This document shows, piece after piece, positions 55,556-64,000 of a stretch of 64,000 nt of DNA; within the stretch, counting starts at the first letter, position 1, and each line of letters opens with the position of its first letter. The translations under genes were made by a program, and so were the position numbers. The notes beneath the pieces were generated by a model. The model searched no databases. It had not been told where the DNA came from and worked only from the letters and a program-made list of their open reading frames with translations. This DNA is from a virus: the IMG/VR virus record IMGVR_UViG_3300026484_000065, positions 1-64,000 of that record. One strand, given 5' to 3'.

Positions 55556-56152
55556 ATGAGTTATTATGAAACAATACAAGAGACATATGATGCTCTTAAA
55601 GACAAAGTTATATCAGATCTTAATGATCAGTTTACAGCTGGTAGAATAAGAGGTACTGAGTATGCAGACGTGTATGCTCAGCTAATGCAGATAATTATAC
55701 AAGAATCATCTAGAGCTCCAGAGGCTGTATACAATGCTGAAAATATTCTTCCTGCACAAAAACTAAAAATTGATTCAGAGATAAAGAATATGGAAACTGC
55801 AACTTCTAAGGTTAATCTTGAGATGACTACATTGGTACCAGCTCAAGAAGCTAAATATAGATCAGACATTGCGTACCAAAACAAGATGACAGATAAAACA
55901 GCATATGAATTATCTTTTATACTTCCTAAGCAAAGAGATCAATTGGAAGCTAGTTCAATGGCTAATAATGCTCAAGCTGCATTAACAACAAGACAGACAA
56001 AAGCTTTTGATGACAATGTAAAGCAGAAGGCTCTTGAGACTGTTATTGGTGTATGGGGTGTTGCTTATTCAGCTGGAAAAACAGAAACTATGCTAAGCAT
56101 AGCATCTGATGCAAATGTGTCTGACCTGTATAATTCATTAATAAATACATAG
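55556..56152 (+). CDS. N4-like virion structural protein
   Basis: QFTAGRIRGTEYADVY and QTKAFDD motifs; late module. Confidence 0.6.
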   Translation: MSYYETIQETYDALKDKVISDLNDQFTAGRIRGTEYADVYAQLMQIIIQESSRAPEAVYNAENILPAQKLKIDSEIKNMETATSKVNLEMTTLVPAQEAKYRSDIAYQNKMTDKTAYELSFILPKQRDQLEASSMANNAQAALTTRQTKAFDDNVKQKALETVIGVWGVAYSAGKTETMLSIASDANVSDLYNSLINT

Positions 56153-56162
56153 GTACAAAACA

Positions 56163-58025
56163 ATGAATATCAGTGGAGGATGGAAGGCTTTCAATAAGAA
56201 GTTTGGATTGTTTCAAAATAAAAAGAAAACAATCCTTGCTTCTTCTTTTGTACCACTCTTTGATGAGTCAGCGACAGCAGGCAAGATGCTGTCAAATAAG
56301 ATTATTGAAGGTGATGATAGCACGAAAGTGCTAGTTGGTACTTTTATGCAGGAGGCGTCAAACAATAATCCAAAAAGGATTGACTCTTTGAAACCTATAT
56401 ACACTTGGGACAATGCCACTAGTCAAGCAAACAAAGGGTTTTACACGTTAAGAAAAGATAATCAATACTTGGATGTGTTTGAGAAAATGTACTATAGAGC
56501 ATATGTCAAGAAGGCTACAAATGTCTATAGAGATATAGAAGATACAGAAGAGGTTGAAGAGCATCAACTTAGAGTAAAATTTATTCTTTCTATGCTTGAA
56601 TCAAATAACTCAAACGAGCAGAGTGTAAAGATAAAATCATCGCTAAAAGAATACAATTACAATGTGTACCAATACAAATGTAAATGTGATGATGATACAT
56701 TTTATAGTCCAATACTAGATGGTGATTATATAAAGACAAGAAATGGTGACTATTATGCATCAATAGAGATAGCATTTGATATTGATGGCAATGAAGAATA
56801 TATCCTATTTAAAGATGGTGATTGCTTTTTTGATATTGGTACTATCCCAACTAAATTTTCAAATTACCATGTAGAATTCGACGGATTGGTACATGAATAT
56901 AGTATTAGTACTGCTGCACATAGAGATCTTGCTTCTAACTACTTCATCCAGCCAACAAGTCTTTTTCTTCCAGTAAAAGTTGAATCAACTGATTTTATTA
57001 TAAAACCTGGTACGCAATATTCAGCGTATTTAAAATCGCTTGGTATAGATATCAACAACATGGCTGGTATCCTTGAAGATGACAAAATTAAATATGCATT
57101 TATTACATATGCAGCGAAGAAAGATGATCCGTTAATTGAAAAGACTCTTGGTGCAACATATGATAATTTAATTGGGTACACAGAACTATTCAATCTTGTT
57201 GGCAAGCCAGAAAATTTTGAAAGCTACTTTGCTGCAAGGTTTTATGTTGACGATGGTGATGTTAAGTGTAAAGTTCACAACTTGTTTTTGCCAGGTTCTG
57301 GTCCTGCGGAGGTTATTGTCGATAGAGTACCAATTCCAGTACCAACATATAACTCTGGGTTTTACAAAATATCATCATCTGTATATGGCAATGAAAATAC
57401 AGTACCAAACAATACATTTTCGTTAACAGATTTTAGACTTAAGAATTTATGTTTGTATGTAGTTACAGAAGAGGAAGTTGATATATCTTTTATGGCAACA
57501 GCTGATGGTAGAGCGTTCCAGTTTGCACTTTCAAGCGTTGGTACTATTGCCGCATTAGCATCTGGAAATCCATATTTAGCGGCAATGGCCCTAACAGGAA
57601 TGATGGCCAACCAATACAGAACTGAGATGCATAGTAATGATTACAGTAATTTACAGATAGGGCTAACTATAGCCTCGCTTGGTGCAGGTGGATACTCTAT
57701 ATATAAGCAAGGCTTTAATATGTCATCAGCCATACATGCGGGAAACATGGCGGTAGATGTGTACAGTATTTATACAGAACAAATGTTTAACGATAAGTTT
57801 AAAAAACAGCTAACTGAAAAAAAAGAAATAGAAAAGGAAGACAGAGACCTTCAAAGAGAACTCGATGAACTGCTAAATCCTTTTATGTTAAGCCCATTTA
57901 AAAAAATAGATACTTATTTCGACACTGTATTTGAGCTGCCTTCCATTACGACATCTATTCCTGATATAATGTTGCAATTACCTAAAGCGGAGATAAATGA
58001 TGAGCAAGTTAAAAAACTCTATTGA
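56163..58025 (+). CDS. Virion structural protein (tail/ejection-related)
   Basis: 620 aa, C-terminal Gly/Ala-rich hydrophobic helices; late module. Confidence 0.55.
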   Translation: MNISGGWKAFNKKFGLFQNKKKTILASSFVPLFDESATAGKMLSNKIIEGDDSTKVLVGTFMQEASNNNPKRIDSLKPIYTWDNATSQANKGFYTLRKDNQYLDVFEKMYYRAYVKKATNVYRDIEDTEEVEEHQLRVKFILSMLESNNSNEQSVKIKSSLKEYNYNVYQYKCKCDDDTFYSPILDGDYIKTRNGDYYASIEIAFDIDGNEEYILFKDGDCFFDIGTIPTKFSNYHVEFDGLVHEYSISTAAHRDLASNYFIQPTSLFLPVKVESTDFIIKPGTQYSAYLKSLGIDINNMAGILEDDKIKYAFITYAAKKDDPLIEKTLGATYDNLIGYTELFNLVGKPENFESYFAARFYVDDGDVKCKVHNLFLPGSGPAEVIVDRVPIPVPTYNSGFYKISSSVYGNENTVPNNTFSLTDFRLKNLCLYVVTEEEVDISFMATADGRAFQFALSSVGTIAALASGNPYLAAMALTGMMANQYRTEMHSNDYSNLQIGLTIASLGAGGYSIYKQGFNMSSAIHAGNMAVDVYSIYTEQMFNDKFKKQLTEKKEIEKEDRDLQRELDELLNPFMLSPFKKIDTYFDTVFELPSITTSIPDIMLQLPKAEINDEQVKKLY

Positions 58026-59937
58026 AAATATGAGTCACGAAGAACAACTAAAAATAGTTGACACTCTCTCTAAGGATTTGAGAGATTGTCTTCCAGTAAA
58101 AACTGAGATTGATAAATATGTGTCAGATATGAGAGACATTTATGAAGGAAGATTAGATACCAAAACAGGTGTATCTAACTATATAAGCAGAGATGTGTTT
58201 AAGCAGATTGAATGGGCAAAAGCTCAATATAAAAATCCTTTTATTTCTAATGATACAATCGTTAGATTGCAGCCAAATGCTATGTCAAAAAGAGACCAAA
58301 CTGTTCAAACAGAAAAGTTAGTTAACCACTTCTATATTAAAAAGTTTGATAGATATAACTTTATGACAGACTATCTTGACGCTCTACTCATTGATGGTAC
58401 TACAGTGATAAGAACTGGTTGGGATTACGAGAGCGAAACAAAGATTGTTCAAGAGGAAGTTAAAGACCCATTGACAAATCAAGTGATAGATATAGCCGAA
58501 ACAGAAGTTGAAGTACCAATAGTGAATGTACCAACATCAGAACTATATAAAATAGAAAACTGTTTTATAGATCCAACAGCAACAAAAAATAGTGAGATAA
58601 CTTTTATTGGTACTAAGAAAGAAGTATCAATTAATGAATTGGAAAAAGATGGAATCTATTTCAACCTAGATAAAATAAACAAAGACCATAACGATTTGAT
58701 ATCTCAGACAGCAACAACATCTGTGTTTGATTTGGAATTCAATAGAGATAATCTAATTTCAAACTTTGAAGATGACAAACGTAAAAAGTTATCTATGTAT
58801 GAATATTGGGGTACTGTTGAACTAGATGGTGAGCTTCATAATATTGTTGCTTGCTTTATTGGTACTACATTAATAAGGCTAGATGAAAATCCATATCCAG
58901 ATGGAAAGATACCTTTTATAATCAATCAATGCTACAGACAGCCGCACACGTTATATGGTAAAAGTATGGTAGATATGCTTAGTGATTATCAATATGTGAA
59001 GACTGCCCTGTATAGGGGAATCTTTGACAATATCGCTTTATCCAATAGCACACAAATAGGAATCCCAAAAGGCATGCTATCTCCTAAAGAAGAAGAGAGA
59101 TATATTGATGGAAAAGTGTTTCATTTTAATGGAAGCAACTTTACTCCATACAAAGGGCAATACAACAGAATTCCAAACGAAGTATTTGGAATGCTTGATA
59201 AGATAGATACTGAATCAAACTTAACTTCAGGTGTGGTACCAGCTCAAGGAGGGCAAGGCTCACAAGGAATCTATGGTTCTCAAGCAGGAAAAGCTGGACA
59301 GCTAAATTCCTTAGCATTAAGAGAATTAGACATGGTCATTAATATATCCGACAATCTAATCAAGCCAATGTTCAGAAAATGGATTGGGTACATGTATGAG
59401 TATATGGACAGAAACCAAATAGAGGATATTACAGGTGTTGATTATGTTGATGTTGAGAAAGATTATTCTGAGCACAGAAACGACTTCATGATTGATATTA
59501 GTACCCAACATACAGATGAAGTTAAAGCGAGCGAATTGTCATTCCTTCTTCAAACACTTGGACAATCAATGCCTGAAGAACTAACTAGATTGATTATGAG
59601 TGAAATAGTTAGACTTAAAAAGATGCCTGATTTTGCTGAGACTATTAAGCAGTATCAACCAGAGCCTGATCCTTTTGAGCAGCAAATGAAACAACTTGAA
59701 CTTCAAAAGCTTCAAGCTGAAATACAAGCAATAGGTTCTTCTATTCAGTCTGGACAAGCAGATGCTAATCTTAAAGCAGCTAAAGCTAGAGAGGCAGAAG
59801 CAAAAGCAATTGATACAAATATATCTGCGGTTAGAAAGAAATATGGTATTGATGCAAAAGAACAAAGAGAGGTTATAACAGCTAAAGCAAATGCTGATAG
59901 AGATAACCTAATCACTAAAGCTGCCTATTCAGGTTAG
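57997..59937 (+). CDS. Portal protein (N4 gp59-like)
   Basis: KQIEW..PF, DGTTVIRTGW, IDPTA, YEYWG, IRLDENPYPDGKIPF, ELSFLLQTLG, PEPDP. Confidence 0.92.
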   Translation: MMSKLKNSIENMSHEEQLKIVDTLSKDLRDCLPVKTEIDKYVSDMRDIYEGRLDTKTGVSNYISRDVFKQIEWAKAQYKNPFISNDTIVRLQPNAMSKRDQTVQTEKLVNHFYIKKFDRYNFMTDYLDALLIDGTTVIRTGWDYESETKIVQEEVKDPLTNQVIDIAETEVEVPIVNVPTSELYKIENCFIDPTATKNSEITFIGTKKEVSINELEKDGIYFNLDKINKDHNDLISQTATTSVFDLEFNRDNLISNFEDDKRKKLSMYEYWGTVELDGELHNIVACFIGTTLIRLDENPYPDGKIPFIINQCYRQPHTLYGKSMVDMLSDYQYVKTALYRGIFDNIALSNSTQIGIPKGMLSPKEEERYIDGKVFHFNGSNFTPYKGQYNRIPNEVFGMLDKIDTESNLTSGVVPAQGGQGSQGIYGSQAGKAGQLNSLALRELDMVINISDNLIKPMFRKWIGYMYEYMDRNQIEDITGVDYVDVEKDYSEHRNDFMIDISTQHTDEVKASELSFLLQTLGQSMPEELTRLIMSEIVRLKKMPDFAETIKQYQPEPDPFEQQMKQLELQKLQAEIQAIGSSIQSGQADANLKAAKAREAEAKAIDTNISAVRKKYGIDAKEQREVITAKANADRDNLITKAAYSG

Positions 59938-59996
59938 CTTTAATTTATTTTTTATGGTACTATTTTAGACGAACATTAAAACACAGGAGAAGAAAA

Positions 59997-60269
59997 ATGA
60001 ATAATGTTAACGAGATCAATGAGTTTAAAGCTGCGATAGGTGAAGCTGAGTACAATGAACAAGAGAAGTTATTAGCTGAGGCGTTAGTGCGTTTAGACGA
60101 CAATGAAGATTTTAAATTATTAGTTGATACATACACTAAAGACTTAGTAATGGATTCTGCACAGTTGGCTTCTTTAGCTCCAGATCAAAGACCTCAACAC
60201 TTTGAGACAATCCTAAATGCAATGGCATTCAAAAACTATCTTGAAAATATTAGATACGTTTTAAGATAG
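59997..60269 (+). CDS. N4 gp58-like protein
   Basis: ALVRLDDNEDFKLLV; synteny between portal and scaffold. Confidence 0.65.
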   Translation: MNNVNEINEFKAAIGEAEYNEQEKLLAEALVRLDDNEDFKLLVDTYTKDLVMDSAQLASLAPDQRPQHFETILNAMAFKNYLENIRYVLR

Positions 60270-60282
60270 GCAGGGTTCTACA

Positions 60283-61314
60283 ATGTCTAAACCAATTAAG
60301 CTTGATAGTATTGATGATAACGCTTTATCTAGTGAAGAAGCTTCACTAGATAGAATGGATGACATAGGTGATTCTGAATATGAAGATGACTCTATTGAGT
60401 ACCAACAAGAAGAAACTACTGAAGATGAAGAAGAGTTTGGTACTGAAGATGAAAGCGAATATGAAGATGAAGAATCTGAAGAGGAACCTGAAAAAGAGGA
60501 AGAGTCTACTGAAGAATTAGAACCTGAATCTGACGATGAGCCTGATACTGAAGTGGTACCAAAAAGAACTATCATTGTAGACGGTAAAGAGATTGAGATT
60601 GATTCAGAAGAAGAGCTTGTTAAATTGGCTGAAACTGGATTAAAGACAAAGTCTAAATATGACAAAAGCAAAGAAGACATAGCTATCCTTGAGGGGATTA
60701 GAGAACAGGGATTATCTGAGCAAGACTTATATTTACTTGTTGAAGCTAAAAAAGGAAATCCAAAAGCATTAGCCAAGCTGCTAAAAGATTCAGAAGTATC
60801 ATTAGATGATATAGAAGATGTGGATCCAGAGGATTATGTTCCAAACGAATATAAAGCTGATCAAAATGTGATTGAAGTAAAATCAATCCTAAGTGATATT
60901 GAAAAGTCTAAAAACTACGATACTTTCGAAGGTCTAATCAAACAAGATTTTGACTCTGAATCAAAAAGAAAACTATTTGAAAACCCAGATGCATTAAAAT
61001 ATGTTGCAGATATGGTTGATACTGGTATCTTTGACAAGATCTCTGGACAGTACACAAAGAATAAACTTCTTGGTGCTAACAGCCTTGATGCATTAGTTAG
61101 TGCTTATGATGCTTATAGAGAAGAGTACCAAAGCACACAAAAGAAGCAAATCAGCAAGAAGAAGAAAGCTTCTGATGATAAAGCTATTAAACGCAAAAAA
61201 GCTTCTGTTGGTACCAAAGGCAGAAAACCAGCAAGTACCAAAGTAAAGTCTGTTGAAGAGATGACAGATGAAGAATTTGAAGCATATTATAAAAATGTAA
61301 CAGAACAATTTTAG
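60283..61314 (+). CDS. Scaffold/'tape measure' protein (N4 gp57-like)
   Basis: Acidic N-terminus, KKGNPKALAKL, MTDEEF C-terminus; precedes MCP. Confidence 0.75.
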   Translation: MSKPIKLDSIDDNALSSEEASLDRMDDIGDSEYEDDSIEYQQEETTEDEEEFGTEDESEYEDEESEEEPEKEEESTEELEPESDDEPDTEVVPKRTIIVDGKEIEIDSEEELVKLAETGLKTKSKYDKSKEDIAILEGIREQGLSEQDLYLLVEAKKGNPKALAKLLKDSEVSLDDIEDVDPEDYVPNEYKADQNVIEVKSILSDIEKSKNYDTFEGLIKQDFDSESKRKLFENPDALKYVADMVDTGIFDKISGQYTKNKLLGANSLDALVSAYDAYREEYQSTQKKQISKKKKASDDKAIKRKKASVGTKGRKPASTKVKSVEEMTDEEFEAYYKNVTEQF

Positions 61315-61400
61315 TTTCTAGTACCATCTACGGATGGTACAATGAAGCTAAGCTTTTAGTTAAGTTTCAAAAAATAAAATAAAATTTGGAGGTAGTCACA

Positions 61401-62621
61401 ATGGCTATTTACGTATACTCAAAGGATAGTACTAGCGGTAATAGTACACAAGGTATGCAAGTACAGACTTTTTACTCAAGAATTGCTAGAAGAACAATCG
61501 ATCAAGATTTTAGCTTTTCTAAATTCTGTAACTTTCAAGACATGATGAAACAAAAGTCAGGTGAGACTTTTAAAGTTTCTACTTACTATTGGTCAATCTA
61601 TAGAAATGTTGTTGCTGATGATGGATCTTATGCTGGTGTAGATGGTGGTTATATTTCTGCACGTGATATGAAAGATATTGATAGCAAACTTCAAAGTATG
61701 ACTGTAACTCAAGAAGGTGTTTATAACAAGTCAGACATCTACCAACTTGGTACATTCCGTAAAGTTACTTTTGAAACACGCATGAAGAAATTTGCTGGTA
61801 TCGTAGAATTAACAGAAGATGCAGAAACTTACTCTGAAGATGCAGTTAGAGCTCTTACAATTGAAGATGTTACTAAGCAAATGAACCTTGCTTACAATGA
61901 CTTAATTATGAAAGATATTTTATCTTCTACGTTCAAAGTTTACGGTGGGGATGCAACATCTCGTGGTGATCTTGGTGGTACTGACGATAGCACTGCTAAA
62001 AACTATAGATTAACAGAAGCACTAACTACTAAAGTCTATGGTACTCTAATTGAGAACAAAGCTAAACCTATGGCACGCATTATTGCTGGTCAAAACAAAA
62101 TTGGAACTAAGCCAGTACCAAAATCATTCTATGTAGTTGTTGGTACACGTATGCATAATGCATTAATCAATAAAGATTTATTCCCTGAATTCCAATCTTT
62201 TGAAGAGTACCCAGACCCTTCAGTTCGCATGGTGATGGATGGACTTGAAGAAATCGGACGTATTGGACGTTTCCGCATTTTATTCTCTGAACTACTACCT
62301 GAGTACAAGCACCAGGGACATTTAGTTAACGATGATGGTGAGAACCAATCAAACACTTGTTGGTCATCACAAGACGAGGACGATGATGATAAATGGAAAT
62401 ATGATGTTGCTCCTATCGTTGTAATGTCTCAAGATGCTATTTCTACTGTTGGTTTACAAGGTAAAACAAAACATATGATTTATACTCAATTCCCTGAGCA
62501 AATTGACGGTACAAACCCAATTGGTGAACGTGGTTATATTGCATTCAAATTCCGTTATGCATCTGTAATTACTAAACCTGAATCTCTTGCTGTTATGGAA
62601 GTTGTAACTCCTATCGCATAA
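61401..62621 (+). CDS. Major capsid protein (N4 gp56-like)
   Basis: GGAGG RBS then ATG at 61401; KIGTKPV, EIGRIGRFRI, YDVAPIVV, NPIGERG. Confidence 0.92.
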   Translation: MAIYVYSKDSTSGNSTQGMQVQTFYSRIARRTIDQDFSFSKFCNFQDMMKQKSGETFKVSTYYWSIYRNVVADDGSYAGVDGGYISARDMKDIDSKLQSMTVTQEGVYNKSDIYQLGTFRKVTFETRMKKFAGIVELTEDAETYSEDAVRALTIEDVTKQMNLAYNDLIMKDILSSTFKVYGGDATSRGDLGGTDDSTAKNYRLTEALTTKVYGTLIENKAKPMARIIAGQNKIGTKPVPKSFYVVVGTRMHNALINKDLFPEFQSFEEYPDPSVRMVMDGLEEIGRIGRFRILFSELLPEYKHQGHLVNDDGENQSNTCWSSQDEDDDDKWKYDVAPIVVMSQDAISTVGLQGKTKHMIYTQFPEQIDGTNPIGERGYIAFKFRYASVITKPESLAVMEVVTPIA

Positions 62622-62635
62622 CATCTCAGAGTAAC

Positions 62636-62670
62636 TTAGTGCCTATTCATTCTCCTGTGGTAGGCACTAA
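62636..62670 (+). terminator. Stem-loop after MCP
   Basis: TTAGTGCCTA...TAGGCACTAA. Confidence 0.5.
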
Positions 62671-62724
62671 TGAAAAAGTTTTATGATATAATCTGCAAAT
62701 CATAAAACAACAGGAGATCCAAAT

Positions 62725-63156
62725 ATGGAAACAAAAAAACTACAAAAACTCACACTTGGCGAACTAAGAACAGAATGTACAAAAGAAGGTATTGAATTTA
62801 CAGACAAAGATACTAGAGCTGTTTTAATTGCAAAGCTATCAGAAGACAGAAGTCACAAAGTAAAAAATGCTGGTGGAATTGCATCAGTACAGGAAAGATT
62901 CAAAAAGAAAGTAAAAATTATTGTTACAAGAATGAATCCAGAAGATTCTAGAGATTCTTACATGCATACAATTATTAATCAGTATGGTACTTTTAGATTT
63001 CCTATTACATTTAACAAAGAAATTGAAGTTCCTGAGCCATTCGTTAAGTCTCTTGAAGAAATAACTTATCAAGGGTACAGAAAAGTTACTACAAAAATGG
63101 GTGTGTTTGATGAAGCTTTTACAGCTCCTGCGTTCATTGTAAAAGTTATGGGATAA
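62725..63156 (+). CDS. N4 gp55-like protein
   Basis: KVKIIVTRMNP...PITFN; synteny after MCP. Confidence 0.65.
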   Translation: METKKLQKLTLGELRTECTKEGIEFTDKDTRAVLIAKLSEDRSHKVKNAGGIASVQERFKKKVKIIVTRMNPEDSRDSYMHTIINQYGTFRFPITFNKEIEVPEPFVKSLEEITYQGYRKVTTKMGVFDEAFTAPAFIVKVMG

Positions 63157-63161
63157 GAGCA

Positions 63162-63659
63162 ATGAGCTTTCCAGAAGATGAAAACTTTGATTCATTATTC
63201 AATAAAGGGCTAAACAAATCAAGTCCTATTGGATTCACTGGAACAAATGGATCAGAATACACACAATTGGCAAATATAGATAATTACAATACAGAGGAAT
63301 TAAGAAACCTTGTTGAAGACTATAGAAAACAAGGAATTAGTACCACAATTATAGGCAATAAGCTATATAATAAAAAAGAATTAGGTTTCCTTGATAAATA
63401 CGGACAAGGGATCAAGCTAGGCCTAGGAGCAGCAAATCTTGGATTCAATGTATTCCAAACAGGTGTTAACACAGCTCTTAAGAAAAGAGAGCTATCTGCA
63501 ATAGAAGACGCCAATGCTCAAGGTTGGGAAAATGTAGATCTTAAAAAACAAGAGCTAAATAGACTTCATGAAGTTATTGCAAGAAACGATGCAAAGATTT
63601 CAGGAAAACCTCAACGTAAAGTTAAAAAATATAAACTTCATTCAGAAAAAACAAACTAA
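63162..63659 (+). CDS. Internal virion/ejection protein (putative)
   Basis: GIKLGLGAANLGFN amphipathic segment; late module. Confidence 0.5.
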   Translation: MSFPEDENFDSLFNKGLNKSSPIGFTGTNGSEYTQLANIDNYNTEELRNLVEDYRKQGISTTIIGNKLYNKKELGFLDKYGQGIKLGLGAANLGFNVFQTGVNTALKKRELSAIEDANAQGWENVDLKKQELNRLHEVIARNDAKISGKPQRKVKKYKLHSEKTN

Positions 63660-63698
63660 GATATAATAACACTCATATTAAACACAAAGGAAACAAAT

Positions 63699-64000
63699 AT
63701 GAGTGTTATATCATACAAAGACCTCAAACCCTCAGCAAATGTAAATTCAGCAGTAGCAAATATAATCAATGCATTACCAGACAAGAAAGAATCAAATATT
63801 GATTCCATTAATGCAAAATATATGGCAGAACAAGAAAGGCTTATCTCCAAGAAAGCTTCACTTGAGAATAATTTGAAATTAGATGGTACCAAAGAAGAGA
63901 TTATTAAAAGTGATGGTACCTTTAGTGAAAAAAGAGACAAACTAAACAAACTGTATACATCTTATATTTCAGCTCAAGCAGCAGCAGGAAACACCTCTGA
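63699..64000 (+). CDS. Virion protein, truncated by the window end
   Basis: AAGGA RBS; MSVISYKDLKPSANVNSAVANII... open to the end. Confidence 0.65.
   Translation, partial: MSVISYKDLKPSANVNSAVANIINALPDKKESNIDSINAKYMAEQERLISKKASLENNLKLDGTKEEIIKSDGTFSEKRDKLNKLYTSYISAQAAAGNTS

Noticed and set aside
59950-59965. TTGGTAC motif explained simply as an extended -10 promoter (TGnTAnnnT)
   Set aside because: A few copies (e.g. TGGTACTAT here) could act so, but most lack the final T and lie inside genes in both orientations
60261-60776. 171-aa minus-strand Ser-rich ORF (and similar antisense ORFs throughout)
   Set aside because: Shadow of the Glu/Asp-rich coding strand; other short opposite-strand ORFs inside long genes rejected likewise
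1-64000. Stop-codon reassignment, tRNA genes, integrase, reverse transcriptase/DGR, DNA methyltransferase
   Set aside because: Genes are full-length in the standard code; no cloverleaf or diagnostic motifs recognised by eye (tRNAscan/HMM not run)

Overview
This AT-rich window (about 30% GC by eye) covers most of an N4-like (Schitoviridae-type) phage genome. The probable host is in the Campylobacterota, based on a Helicobacter/Sulfurimonas-type HU remnant and TGnTATAAT sigma70 promoters. It opens in the C-terminal part of the giant virion RNA polymerase (+). Next comes the entire minus-strand early/middle region (3.55-43.5 kb): nrdA, intron-split nrdB, thyX, dUTPase, two helicases, helicase/primase, SSB, Sak4-like ATPase, exonuclease, RuvC, AAA/vWA pair, ClpX-like ATPase, two ParB-like genes and a compact single-chain T7-type RNAP. 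The probable genome-end region lies near 43.6-43.9 kb. The plus-strand late module follows (terminase, tail proteins, lysis, portal, scaffold, major capsid). Most unusual signals: (1) strong genome-wide enrichment of TTGGTAC/GTACCAA, absent from several accessory genes; (2) a virion-module protein with a GH7 (fungal cellulase-type) catalytic domain; (3) two covarying 44-nt H-type pseudoknots resembling CptI type III antitoxin RNA, plus two smaller pseudoknots; (4) stem-closed noncoding RNAs whose loops look antisense to RBS+start codons; (5) two ParB/palindrome/branched-hairpin modules and no DNA polymerase gene; (6) a holin-endolysin fusion. All assignments come from motif recognition by eye; no database searches were run.
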